Source: Agathobacter sp. (lineage in GTDB: Bacteria; Bacillota; Clostridia; Lachnospirales; Lachnospiraceae). Taken from it: a stretch of DNA of 64,000 bases. Shown here piece by piece: positions 19,306 to 29,066 of this stretch. Position numbers and translations under genes: made by a program. Numbering within the stretch: the first letter of the stretch is position 1; every line of letters begins with the position of its first letter. Below the pieces are notes generated by a model, which saw only the letters and a list, made by a program, of their open reading frames with translations, did not search any database and was not told the DNA's origin. Where the stretch lies: NCBI GenBank assembly GCA_045641745.1, contig JAZUHO010000109.1:23519-87518 (forward strand). The letters are read 5' to 3'.

Positions 19306-19902
19306 ATGAAAACATTATTACTTATCGCAGTTAGCTCTGCAATCGTAAATAACGTTGTATTAAGTCAGTTCCTTGGAATTTGTCCTTTCCTCGGAGTATC
19401 TAAAAAGACTAATACAGCAGCTGGTATGGGTGGTGCGGTTATCTTTGTTATTGGTATCGCTTCACTTATCACAAGCTTGATTTATAAAGGAATTCTTGCA
19501 AATCCATATTTGATGAGCAAGGGAATTGATCTTACATACCTTAAGACAATTGTGTTTATTCTTGTAATTGCAGCATTGGTACAGTTTGTAGAAATGTTCT
19601 TGAAAAAATGTATGCCACCTTTATATCAATCACTTGGTGTGTACTTACCACTTATTACATCAAACTGTGCTGTTCTTGGTGTTGCAATCAATGCAGTAAC
19701 ATATGAATATTCAGTATTAGAGAGCGTTGTATATGGATTGGCTACAGCAGTTGGTTTCTTTATTGCAATTGTTCTTATGGCTGGTATTCGTGAAAAAATT
19801 GAATATAATGACATCCCAGAAGCTTTCAAAGGAACAGCAATCGTTTTGGTTACTGCTTGTTTGATGTCTATTGCATTCATGGGATTCTCAGGAATGATTT
19901 AG
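19306..19902 (+). CDS. rnfA: Rnf subunit A
   Basis: NNVVLSQFLGICPFLGVS and LPLITSNCAVLG. Confidence 0.96.
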   Translation: MKTLLLIAVSSAIVNNVVLSQFLGICPFLGVSKKTNTAAGMGGAVIFVIGIASLITSLIYKGILANPYLMSKGIDLTYLKTIVFILVIAALVQFVEMFLKKCMPPLYQSLGVYLPLITSNCAVLGVAINAVTYEYSVLESVVYGLATAVGFFIAIVLMAGIREKIEYNDIPEAFKGTAIVLVTACLMSIAFMGFSGMI

Positions 19903-19914
19903 GAGGTAAACAAA

Positions 19915-20712
19915 ATGAATTTTACTGCGATTATTGTTGCCGCTCTTGTGGTTGGCGTTGTCGGTATCATCATTGGATTTTTCCTCGGAATCTCCGGAGA
20001 AAAATTTAAAGTAGAAGTTGATGAGAGAGAGGAAGCTATCATTGGAGTGCTTCCAGGAAATAACTGTGGTGGTTGCGGTTATGCAGGTTGTTCAGGGCTT
20101 GCGGCTGCAATTGTAAAAGGCGAAGCACCTGTAAATCAGTGTCCAGTTGGTGGAGCTCCTGTTGCTGCTCAGGTTGGAGAGATTATGGGAATTGCTGCAG
20201 AAGAAGGAGCAAAGAAGGTAGCATTCGTAAAGTGTGCTGGAACATGTGAGAAAGCAAATACAGATTACGAATATACAGGAATTGAGGACTGTGCAGCTAT
20301 GGCATTTGTTCCAAATGGTGGTCCAAAATCATGTAATTTTGGATGTTTAGGATATGGTTCTTGCGTAAAAGCATGTCCGTTTGATGCAATTCATGTAGTA
20401 GATGGTGTTGCTGTTGTAGACAAAGAAACATGTAAAGCATGTGGCAAATGTGTTGCTGCATGTCCAAAGCATTTGATTGAACTTACTCCATATGATGCAA
20501 CACAGGTTGTTCAGTGTAGCTCAAAGGACAAAGGACCTGCTGTAATGAAAGCATGTTCGGTAGGATGTATTGCTTGTCATCTTTGTGAAAAGAATTGTCC
20601 AAGTGATGCGGTACATGTAGTTGACAATGTGGCATATATTGATCAGACAAAATGTACACACTGTGGAACTTGCGCTACAAAGTGTCCAAAGAAAATAATT
20701 TTGAACTACTAA
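19915..20712 (+). CDS. rnfB: Rnf subunit B (polyferredoxin)
   Basis: LPGNNCGGCGYAGC and several 4Fe-4S motifs. Confidence 0.96.
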   Translation: MNFTAIIVAALVVGVVGIIIGFFLGISGEKFKVEVDEREEAIIGVLPGNNCGGCGYAGCSGLAAAIVKGEAPVNQCPVGGAPVAAQVGEIMGIAAEEGAKKVAFVKCAGTCEKANTDYEYTGIEDCAAMAFVPNGGPKSCNFGCLGYGSCVKACPFDAIHVVDGVAVVDKETCKACGKCVAACPKHLIELTPYDATQVVQCSSKDKGPAVMKACSVGCIACHLCEKNCPSDAVHVVDNVAYIDQTKCTHCGTCATKCPKKIILNY

Positions 20713-20738
20713 TGAAGTCAATAATTGATTGATAAAAG

Positions 20739-20782
20739 AAAAACTGTTACAAAGATGAATGAAATCTTTGTAACAGTTTTTT
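20739..20782. terminator. bidirectional terminator after rnfB
   Basis: AAAAACTGTTACAAAGAT...ATCTTTGTAACAGTTTTT. Confidence 0.8.
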
Positions 20783-20834
20783 AAATTGATTCAAGTGTTT
20801 CTAATTCATATATTTCTAATAAGTGTACGTTAGA

Positions 20835-21602
20835 CTATTTCTTTAACTGATGTACTGGAAGGGATGGATCAGCCCCTTTCATTTTTTGCATACCACGCTG
20901 AATGGCATCTTTGGAATCCTTCCAGTCTGCATCCTTATTTCGATAATCATATTTTTCAATGAACCAGGAAATATCTTCATAAATTCGTTCTAGATTGTCC
21001 TTCATTTGAGGGATTACAACAGAATAAAAGGCCTCCAAATCTGCTTGAGATAAGGTGCTATCCGCTTTTTCACATAATAGCGCAAAGTGAGAGAGGCAAA
21101 ATCCTTTTGAATTCTTCACACTTTGACGAAATTCTTCTTCTTTGCGATATAGATGGAAAAAGGTATCCATGTAATCTTCAAAGGTTTTTTGTACGCTGTC
21201 GCATATAAAGCAACTTGCCTCTTTCTTTTTGATAAAGGATACAATGGAATTGGTAGAATCTATATCCTTTTTGTCCCAAAATTTTAATTTGGAATTACTT
21301 TTGGCTGGAGAGAAGCCTTTGAACTCCTTTTGCAAATCATCGATGGTTTTTCGATAATGGGTTTTGAGAATCCATGCATTTCCAAGTGCGTTACCATAGT
21401 CGAACATTTTTTTGAAATGTGTCCGGCAAAATCCGGCCTGATCTGTCATGGCGCGAATATCCGCTTCCATATATGAGGCACCATGTCCTAAAACAAAGTC
21501 TAGCGCATGTTCTTCCGTTTTTCTTTCAATATAGCAAAATGGGCATTCACAGGCATTTTCCATTGCTTCATGAATAGGAATGGTATGTAATTGTTGTTTC
21601 AT
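20835..21602 (-). CDS. conserved Cys/His-containing hypothetical protein (DUF6062-like)
   Basis: ECPFC..GFCRTH and CFIC..GFCLSH duplicated motifs; C-terminal KYDYRN...DW. Confidence 0.7.
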   Translation of the reverse strand: MKQQLHTIPIHEAMENACECPFCYIERKTEEHALDFVLGHGASYMEADIRAMTDQAGFCRTHFKKMFDYGNALGNAWILKTHYRKTIDDLQKEFKGFSPAKSNSKLKFWDKKDIDSTNSIVSFIKKKEASCFICDSVQKTFEDYMDTFFHLYRKEEEFRQSVKNSKGFCLSHFALLCEKADSTLSQADLEAFYSVVIPQMKDNLERIYEDISWFIEKYDYRNKDADWKDSKDAIQRGMQKMKGADPSLPVHQLKK

Positions 21603-21654
21603 AATAACTCTCTTTTCTGTAAATGTATTTTAATAATTGGTATCGAGTCTCTAA

Positions 21655-22557
21655 TTATTGTTCTGGTTGATACGATTCAAAAAAGTCAATAAATGTTTGC
21701 AATGATTTGGATGGCTTTGCATTATTTTTATAGGCAAATCCAACTTCTCGTTTATGAATTGGAATTCCAAGAGGAATTTCAATTAACGCACCGGAAGCAA
21801 GCTCCTCTTTTACAAAGCGTTTGATGACACATGCTACACCGACTCCAATCTTTGCAAAATCAATAAGCAAATCCATGTTCGAGATGTCGATGGAGTCTCC
21901 AACGGAGATTTGGTTCGTCTGGAGATAATCGTCGATATACTGTCGTGTCATATTATTTTTATCCAACAGCATGAGAGTGGAATTCTCTAAAATATCGCTA
22001 TTCGCGATGCCGCGTTCCTTTAGATGATTTAAATAGTCCTCTGTTGCAACAAAAATATCCTCAATATTGTCTAAATAAAAGAAGTCAATATTACGTAGCG
22101 TATCGGGCTTCCCGATTAGTCCGATGTCAATTTTGTTGTTATCGAGAAGACGAAGTGTGTCATTGGTAGATTGGCAACTAATGGATATGCTGATATGTGG
22201 ATTCCTTTGAATAAATTCTTTTAGGTATGGAAGCAACATGTATTTGCATAGTGTACTGCTGACACCAATGCGAATATGTCCGACGCCTAGCTCAATGGAG
22301 CGCTTTAATTTGTCTTCGCCAAGAGAAAGTGTCTCAAAAGCTTCCTTTACGTGTCCATACAAAAGAGAGCCTTCTTCTGTTAGAATGACACCACGAGAGC
22401 TTCTTTGAAAAAGCTTACAGCCTAAGCTTTCTTCTAGTTTTTGAATGGATTTACTAATGGCAGGCTGCGAAATATATAGTTCTTTTGCAGCTTTTGAAAT
22501 ATTTCCTGCGTTAGCTACCGTATAGAAAATACGATAGGATGATAAGTTTTGATTCAT
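21655..22557 (-). CDS. LysR family transcriptional regulator, divergent from leuCD
   Basis: NISKAAKELYISQPAISKSIQKLE HTH; 300 aa. Confidence 0.95.
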   Translation of the reverse strand: MNQNLSSYRIFYTVANAGNISKAAKELYISQPAISKSIQKLEESLGCKLFQRSSRGVILTEEGSLLYGHVKEAFETLSLGEDKLKRSIELGVGHIRIGVSSTLCKYMLLPYLKEFIQRNPHISISISCQSTNDTLRLLDNNKIDIGLIGKPDTLRNIDFFYLDNIEDIFVATEDYLNHLKERGIANSDILENSTLMLLDKNNMTRQYIDDYLQTNQISVGDSIDISNMDLLIDFAKIGVGVACVIKRFVKEELASGALIEIPLGIPIHKREVGFAYKNNAKPSKSLQTFIDFFESYQPEQ

Positions 22558-22650
22558 AATAAATTCCTCTTTCTTAATTCCTGCTAAAGTGAATATAATC
22601 CAGAAAAAAAGCGGAAAATTTCACTTTATCTTTCTTTCCTAATAGATATA

Positions 22651-22672
22651 TTATGCTATAATAATAGCATAA
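22651..22672. promoter_or_regulatory. inverted repeat in the lysR-leuC intergenic region, candidate operator
   Basis: TTATGCTAT-AATA-ATAGCATAA, perfect 9-bp arms. Confidence 0.45.
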
Positions 22673-22780
22673 AAGCAAGTTATGTTAAACATATTTATTA
22701 TGTATTAGTTTTATGGAATGCGGTATGCTAGAATTTTTTCAGAATCGAATAAGAAGAGATTGAATAAAGGAGGATGCAGC

Positions 22781-24043
22781 ATGGGAATGACAATGACGCA
22801 AAAAATCCTTGCGGCACATGCAGGACTCGAAAAAGTGGTGGCAGGTCAGTTAATTGAGGCTGATCTTGATCTTGTACTCGGGAATGATATAACTTCTCCG
22901 GTTGCAATTCATGAGATTGAAAAAATGAAAACAGATGGAGTTTTTCATAGGGATAAGATTGCTTTGGTAATGGACCATTTTGTTCCAAATAAAGATATTA
23001 AATCGGCAGAACATTGCAAGTGTGTGAGAGAATTTGCGATGCGGCACGAGATTTCTAATTTTTATGATGTGGGTGAAATGGGAATTGAACATGCCTTGCT
23101 TCCAGAGAAAGGTCTGACGGTTGCAGGAGATGTGATTATTGGAGCGGATTCGCATACTTGCACGTATGGAGCACTGGGCGCTTTTTCTACAGGTGTGGGT
23201 TCGACGGATATGGCCGCGGGAATGGCAACTGGAAAGGCGTGGTTTAAGGTTCCTTCGGCTATTAAATTTGAGCTTGTAGGAAAGCCAGCAGAGTGGGTAA
23301 GTGGCAAGGACATTATTTTACATATTATCGGAATGATAGGAGTTGATGGGGCTCTTTATAAATCAATGGAGTTCGTGGGGGATGGCATTCAGTATCTTTC
23401 TATGGATGACCGTTTTACAATCGCGAATATGGCAATTGAGGCAGGGGGCAAAAATGGAATTTTCCCAGTGGATGATTTGACAAGGGCATATATGAAAGAG
23501 CATAGCAAGCGTGCCTTTGTGGAGTATGAGGCTGATTCAGACGCAGTATACGATGCATGTTATACGATAGATTTGTCTACATTACGTCCTACGGTTTCCT
23601 TCCCGCATTTGCCGGAAAATACGCATACGATAGATGAGGTTGGAACGGTTAAAGTGGATCAGGTTGTAATTGGTTCCTGTACCAATGGCCGAATGGAAGA
23701 CTTGCAGATTGCGGCATCTATTTTAAAAGGAAAGAAAGTTGCAAAAAATGTAAGAACCATTGTAATTCCAGCGACACAACAGATATATCTGGATGCAATG
23801 GAGCAAGGGTTGCTGAAAATATTTGTGGAAGCAGGAGCAATTGTGAGTACTCCTACCTGTGGACCTTGTCTTGGCGGATATATGGGGGTACTTGCTGCAG
23901 GAGAAAAGTGTATCTCTACCACAAATCGTAACTTTGTAGGAAGAATGGGACATGTAGATTCAGAAGTATACCTTGCAAGTCCAGCAGTTGCAGCTGCATC
24001 CGCAATTACAGGGGTGATTACGGATCCTGCATCAATTATTTAA
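22781..24043 (+). CDS. leuC: 3-isopropylmalate dehydratase large subunit (LeuC/HacA type)
   Basis: [27 protein letters not shown] and [11 protein letters not shown]. Confidence 0.9.
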   Translation: MGMTMTQKILAAHAGLEKVVAGQLIEADLDLVLGNDITSPVAIHEIEKMKTDGVFHRDKIALVMDHFVPNKDIKSAEHCKCVREFAMRHEISNFYDVGEMGIEHALLPEKGLTVAGDVIIGADSHTCTYGALGAFSTGVGSTDMAAGMATGKAWFKVPSAIKFELVGKPAEWVSGKDIILHIIGMIGVDGALYKSMEFVGDGIQYLSMDDRFTIANMAIEAGGKNGIFPVDDLTRAYMKEHSKRAFVEYEADSDAVYDACYTIDLSTLRPTVSFPHLPENTHTIDEVGTVKVDQVVIGSCTNGRMEDLQIAASILKGKKVAKNVRTIVIPATQQIYLDAMEQGLLKIFVEAGAIVSTPTCGPCLGGYMGVLAAGEKCISTTNRNFVGRMGHVDSEVYLASPAVAAASAITGVITDPASII

Positions 24044-24079
24044 CGAATTAGAGTGAGGGTATAGATTAGGAGGAATATC

Positions 24080-24568
24080 ATGAAAGCAGCATGTGGTCAT
24101 GTATTTAAATATGGAGACAATGTGGATACGGATGTTATTATTCCGGCACGTTATTTGAATTCTTCGGATCCAAAGGAGCTTGCAACACACTGTATGGAAG
24201 ATATCGATAAAGAATTTGTTCAGAGGGTAAAAGAAGGAGATATCATGGTGGCCAATAAGAATTTCGGCTGTGGTTCATCACGAGAGCATGCTCCAATATC
24301 CATTAAGGCTGCAGGTATAAGCTGTGTAATCGCAGAAACATTTGCGAGAATATTTTACCGTAATGCGATTAACATTGGATTGCCGATTATTGAGTGTCCG
24401 GCTGCAGCACAGCGGATTCAGGCAGGGGACGAGGTAAAGGTTGATTTTGATACAGGAATCATTACGAATCTTACAACAGGAGAAACGTTTGAGGGGCAGG
24501 CCTTTCCGCCATTTATGCAGAAAATAATAGACTGTGAAGGCCTTGTGAATTATATTAATCAAAAGTAA
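24080..24568 (+). CDS. leuD: 3-isopropylmalate dehydratase small subunit
   Basis: [25 protein letters not shown] and [11 protein letters not shown]. Confidence 0.9.
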   Translation: MKAACGHVFKYGDNVDTDVIIPARYLNSSDPKELATHCMEDIDKEFVQRVKEGDIMVANKNFGCGSSREHAPISIKAAGISCVIAETFARIFYRNAINIGLPIIECPAAAQRIQAGDEVKVDFDTGIITNLTTGETFEGQAFPPFMQKIIDCEGLVNYINQK

Positions 24569-24572
24569 GTAC

Positions 24573-24609
24573 AAAAAAGCTTCCTCATGAACCCTGAGGA
24601 AGCTCTTTT
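24573..24609. terminator. terminator after leuD, overlapping the 3' end of the convergent gene
   Basis: AGCTTCCTCA...TGAGGAAGCT with A and T flanks. Confidence 0.65.
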
Positions 24610-25388
24610 AAATATGTAATATATTTTTGTGAGATTTTAATTCGCGTATAGATATCGGCATATTCCTTTGCACTAATATCTTCAATATAGTTTTCAGAAA
24701 AATTGCGATTAATACCATAATCGCGAGCTAGGTCCACGGCTTTGTTATAAGCAATTGCGGCTTTGATTTCTGAAATATAGGTACCGATTTTATAATTGCC
24801 ATTAATGTGAATACGGGTGATGTACTTGGTTACTCCAGCTTTTGTTACCTCGGACACGCCTACGTATGGATTTATAACGATGATGTTCGCGTAACGGAAA
24901 TCACAACAATCGCCATTGGCAAACTTGTAATCACGGTCTCGCACAGCATAGCTTTTGATTCCGTAACGATTTAAAATGGTAACTTGCATTCCATAATCGT
25001 TTACAAATAAGTGTCCATTCCGACGTAGAATCTTGTGGCTGGAATAATAAAAAAGATCATCGATATCAAATTTGTATTCTTCGTGTTTGGAAAAGTAGTA
25101 GCTAAAATAGCCTTTTCGCAAATAAATCGGATTATTTATATAGAGCTTATTATCTCTAAAATTTACAAGGGAAACCACTTTTTCAAAGGGGAGTATCTGC
25201 TTTTTGTTATAGCTTGCCAATGTATATTTGGAAGAGGAAAGAACATGGTCTGCCTCTTTATAGGCTTGGTTAGCCAATTCTTCTGTGGAATAGCTTCCAA
25301 GGCTAATATGTTTGCTATGAAAAGTAATGCTGGAACGATAATAGAGAGTTCCATCCTTTTTGGTTGCTGTATATACGCCTGGTAACAT
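24585..25388 (-). CDS. hypothetical protein with two AP2-like DNA-binding domains flanking a degenerate HNH-like segment
   Basis: GVY...Y.SSI...KHISLGSY.TEE.A..AY and GV......I.....IGTY.SE..AAIAYNKA; RBS AAGGAG. Confidence 0.7.
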   Translation of the reverse strand: MLPGVYTATKKDGTLYYRSSITFHSKHISLGSYSTEELANQAYKEADHVLSSSKYTLASYNKKQILPFEKVVSLVNFRDNKLYINNPIYLRKGYFSYYFSKHEEYKFDIDDLFYYSSHKILRRNGHLFVNDYGMQVTILNRYGIKSYAVRDRDYKFANGDCCDFRYANIIVINPYVGVSEVTKAGVTKYITRIHINGNYKIGTYISEIKAAIAYNKAVDLARDYGINRNFSENYIEDISAKEYADIYTRIKISQKYITYLKELPQGS

Positions 25389-25517
25389 AGATTCTCCTTT
25401 GGTACTTTTGATACTATTATTGTAGCATTTATGGATGGTAATGCAAAGAGAAAAAATGATAAATAGTGTATTATATCTAGAATGGTTTTTCTGTCACGGA
25501 CAAGTGTACGCAAAAGA

Positions 25518-25546
25518 TTGACATGAACAAGGGTTTTCATTATAAT
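25518..25546 (+). promoter_or_regulatory. SigA promoter of thrC
   Basis: Perfect TTGACA-N17-TATAAT. Confidence 0.8.
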
Positions 25547-25595
25547 GGTTGGTAAAAATGAAAAAGGAATAAAAGAAAAAAACGAGGTAAGAGAA

Positions 25596-27080
25596 ATGGG
25601 TTTAATGTATTCAAGTACAAGAAGTGACAATGTGAAATATAGTGCATCACAAGCAATTTTGAAAGGACTTGCAGATGATGGAGGTTTGTTTGTTCCGGAT
25701 CATATTCCTTCACTTGATGTTAGCGTAGAACAATTGGCACAGATGAGCTATCAAGAGACCGCATATGTGGTAATGAAACAGTTTTTTACGGATTTCACAG
25801 AAGAAGAATTGAAACATTGCATTCAAAGCGCTTATGACAGCAAATTTGATACAACAGAGATTGCACCATTGGTAAAAGCGAATGATGCCTATTATCTTGA
25901 ATTATTCCATGGTGCAACGATTGCATTTAAGGATATGGCTCTTTCTATTTTGCCTCATTTGATGATTACCAGTGCAAGGAAAAATCAAGTGAAAAATGAT
26001 ATTGTGATTTTAACTGCTACAAGTGGAGATACAGGAAAAGCTGCTTTGGCTGGTTTTGCTGGTGTAGCTGGTACCAAAATTATTGTGTTCTATCCAAAGA
26101 ATGGAGTTAGCCCAATTCAGGAAAAACAGATGGTTACACAAAAAGGTGATAATACGCTGGTTGTTGGAATTCATGGGAATTTTGACCAGGCACAATCTGG
26201 AGTAAAACAAATGTTTAATGATGTGGAATTGGCAAAAGAATTAGATGGGAAAGGGTATCAGTTCTCATCAGCAAATTCCATTAATATCGGAAGGTTGATT
26301 CCACAGGTGGTTTATTATGTATATGCTTATGCAAAATTATATGCCAATGGAGAAATATCTGAAGGCGAACCAATAAATGTAGTAGTTCCAACTGGCAATT
26401 TTGGCAATATACTAGCTGCATTCTATGCAAAGAACATGGGATTACCGATTGGTAAACTAATCTGTGCTTCAAATGAAAATAAAGTATTATTTGATTTCTT
26501 CGAGACTGGAGAGTATAACAAGAATCGTGAATTTTTACTTACGAGTTCTCCATCTATGGATATTTTAATTTCCTCTAACCTGGAGCGATTAATTTATCGT
26601 ATTGCAGGAAATGACGTGGATAAAAACCGAGCACTTATGGCTGCATTGCAGTCTGAGGGGGTATACAAAATTGCGCCTGAAATGAAAGAACAATTGGGAG
26701 ACTTCTACGGAAATTATGCGTCTCAAGAGGAGACGGCGTCGATTATTCGTGAACTTTATGAAAAAACAGGATATGTAATTGATACTCATACAGCAGTTGC
26801 AGCAAAGGTTTATGAAAAGTATAAGACAAAAACAAAGGATTTGACGAAAACCGTAATTGCAAGTACAGCAAGCCCATTTAAATTTACGAGAAGTGTTATG
26901 ACGGCAATTGATAAAACGTATGAAGAAATGGGAGACTTTGCACTTGTGGATGAATTGAGTAAAATTGCAAATGTGAAAGTTCCACAGGCAATCGAAGAAA
27001 TACGTGAAGCTGAAGTATTACATAATACAGTATGTGAAATTGAAGAGATGCCACAAGTTGTTCGAGATTTCTTGAAATAG
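25596..27080 (+). CDS. thrC: threonine synthase
   Basis: Y.STR, GLA.DGGLF, ELFHG.T.AFKD, ATSGDTG, NSIN.GR and PTGNFGN. Confidence 0.96.
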   Translation: MGLMYSSTRSDNVKYSASQAILKGLADDGGLFVPDHIPSLDVSVEQLAQMSYQETAYVVMKQFFTDFTEEELKHCIQSAYDSKFDTTEIAPLVKANDAYYLELFHGATIAFKDMALSILPHLMITSARKNQVKNDIVILTATSGDTGKAALAGFAGVAGTKIIVFYPKNGVSPIQEKQMVTQKGDNTLVVGIHGNFDQAQSGVKQMFNDVELAKELDGKGYQFSSANSINIGRLIPQVVYYVYAYAKLYANGEISEGEPINVVVPTGNFGNILAAFYAKNMGLPIGKLICASNENKVLFDFFETGEYNKNREFLLTSSPSMDILISSNLERLIYRIAGNDVDKNRALMAALQSEGVYKIAPEMKEQLGDFYGNYASQEETASIIRELYEKTGYVIDTHTAVAAKVYEKYKTKTKDLTKTVIASTASPFKFTRSVMTAIDKTYEEMGDFALVDELSKIANVKVPQAIEEIREAEVLHNTVCEIEEMPQVVRDFLK

Positions 27081-27122
27081 AAGAGCGGGAAAAGGAGTGC
27101 TGACGAACGCTTTTTCGTGAAA

Positions 27123-27152
27123 AAGAGGCTAACGCTGTCGCGTTAGCCTCTT
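27123..27152. terminator. bidirectional terminator between thrC and the cheX-like gene
   Basis: AAGAGGCTAACGC-TGTC-GCGTTAGCCTCTT. Confidence 0.8.
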
Positions 27153-27164
27153 GCTTATGTTACA

Positions 27165-28058
27165 TTAACAAGTCTGTATAATTTCTAAAACCATATGAAC
27201 GGTTCCGAAGGAATACAATACGGTAAAGTGATAGGTATTTAAACCTTCAAAGGTTAGAAGTCCTTCATCGAGTGACTCTGGAGCATCTAAGGTGAGTTCA
27301 TGTGCTGTATCATTAGAAACATTCACTGCAAAAAGACCGTTATGTAGATTGACAAAATCCTCCATCGCTGCCTTGACAAAATCATCATATTCATTATATT
27401 CATCCCCGGTATAGCGGGAAGCGAATTCGATGGCAGTTTCACTGCTCATATCCAAATAGGTGACAACAGAATATGCGCCGTTTACTCTTTGGAAAACACA
27501 TCGGTCGGTTGGATATTCAAGACATTCGGAGACAGAAATTGGTGTGAAATCCTCTCCAATAAATCGAATGAAATTATTGAAAAGTAATTTCATATACATC
27601 TTTCCACATTTACTGACTGGTGTTTCTGAAACAAGGAAGAAGTTATCAAATAACTTTTGAAAGTCACCATATTCCTCAGAAATATCCAAATCGAATATTT
27701 CATTCTTGACACGATAATCTGCAATAATATTCTCTAAATCCGAGTTGCTGAAGACACCCTGCTCGACAAGTGCTTGTCCAAGCAAAAGGAAGTCAGGACT
27801 TTGTGCTTTGAGTAGGTGAATTACTTGATCATTGGTAAGATAACCTTGTTCTACTGCAATTTCACCAAATTTCTTGTCTTCATGTGTTTGCTGTAAGATT
27901 ACTTCCTCAACTTCATCAGCGGTCATCAAACCTTCGTGAATTGCCAGTGTTCCAAGTTTAAGATGGATAGAAGACTGGGCATGAATGGCTTCAAACAATT
28001 GCTCGGGTGTCACAAGTGAGTTGGAGAGTAAGTAATTTCCAAAAAATTGACCATACAT
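27165..28058 (-). CDS. MshEN-repeat protein fused to a CheX/CheC-like phosphatase domain
   Basis: Four 29-aa-period motifs matching xLGxxhhxxGhhxxxxhxxxhxxQ; C-terminal AAMEDFVNLHNG...L..P and FG.V.M as in the CheX fold. Confidence 0.75.
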   Translation of the reverse strand: MYGQFFGNYLLSNSLVTPEQLFEAIHAQSSIHLKLGTLAIHEGLMTADEVEEVILQQTHEDKKFGEIAVEQGYLTNDQVIHLLKAQSPDFLLLGQALVEQGVFSNSDLENIIADYRVKNEIFDLDISEEYGDFQKLFDNFFLVSETPVSKCGKMYMKLLFNNFIRFIGEDFTPISVSECLEYPTDRCVFQRVNGAYSVVTYLDMSSETAIEFASRYTGDEYNEYDDFVKAAMEDFVNLHNGLFAVNVSNDTAHELTLDAPESLDEGLLTFEGLNTYHFTVLYSFGTVHMVLEIIQTC

Positions 28059-28059
28059 A

Positions 28060-28437
28060 CTACTGTCCTCCCAAATAACGCTCCACAATAGATACTACTT
28101 GAGCTGATTCAAGTGGCTTTTGAATAAAGTCGCGAGCACCAGATTCAATAGCAGCCTTTAGTTGAGATTTGGTACCTACAGACGAAGCAATAATAATGGT
28201 TGCACATGGATCATATGCAATTATCTCTTTAATTACAATATTTCCATCTTTTTTAGGCATAACAATGTCCAAGAAGACTAAATCTGGGTTTTCTTCTTTG
28301 TAAAGTGAAATTGCTTCCTCGCCATTTGCTGCCTCAATAAAACGAGGAGTGCCTACTGTTGAAACAATGTCTTTGATTTGTTTGCGTGCGAGAATGGAAT
28401 CGTCACATACTAACACAGTTTTTGATTCGATATTCAT
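28060..28437 (-). CDS. single-domain response regulator (CheY-like)
   Basis: VCDD, FLDIVMP (phosphoacceptor Asp), SS and FIQKP. Confidence 0.92.
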   Translation of the reverse strand: MNIESKTVLVCDDSILARKQIKDIVSTVGTPRFIEAANGEEAISLYKEENPDLVFLDIVMPKKDGNIVIKEIIAYDPCATIIIASSVGTKSQLKAAIESGARDFIQKPLESAQVVSIVERYLGGQ

Positions 28438-28681
28438 ATTAGGACTCCTTTACTGCTTGTGTATTTAGTACTATTTTATATCATTTTGGGAAATTGTACA
28501 ACAGTTTATATGATTTCTTTGAATTATTTTTTTATTATATATATGCGGTTGAATTATCGATAAGTGGATTGCTTTTTGGTGATATTTCTGTGAAATAAAA
28601 TAGGAAGAAAAATAAATAGGTTGCTTCCCATACGGATTGTACCTATAATGGGAAAAGCGATAGGAAAAGAGGTAGAAAAAA

Positions 28682-29017
28682 ATGGAAGTGATGCTGATTT
28701 TAAACGTTGTATTTATTATCTTTGGGCTGTACTTAGTTGCAATGGCAACAAAAATGAAAAAAACTGGAACCATTCATAATATGGTGATGTCGCAGGAAGA
28801 AAGAGTTCGTTGTAAAGATGAGAAAGGATATATCGCGTTTGTAACACCAAAGATGGTCATTTTCGGAACAACGATTAGTCTGGTAGGCGTTTTAGAAATT
28901 GTTTCGCAAATTACAAAATTATTTTTGCGTTATCGTTTTGTGATTTTAATTATGTTTTTAATTATGTTTGCTGTATATCAAATCCAGATGCGAGAAGCCA
29001 AAAATAAGTTTTTCTGA
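28682..29017 (+). CDS. hypothetical membrane protein (about three TM helices)
   Basis: GAGGT RBS, hydrophobic segments, downstream terminator. Confidence 0.7.
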   Translation: MEVMLILNVVFIIFGLYLVAMATKMKKTGTIHNMVMSQEERVRCKDEKGYIAFVTPKMVIFGTTISLVGVLEIVSQITKLFLRYRFVILIMFLIMFAVYQIQMREAKNKFF

Positions 29018-29023
29018 TTTGAG

Positions 29024-29058
29024 GAAGCACAGTGAAAAATGAATTTTCACTGTGCTTC
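29024..29058. terminator. bidirectional terminator
   Basis: GAAGCACAGTGAAAA...TTTTCACTGTGCTTC between convergent genes. Confidence 0.75.
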
Positions 29059-29066
29059 TCTTAGTG

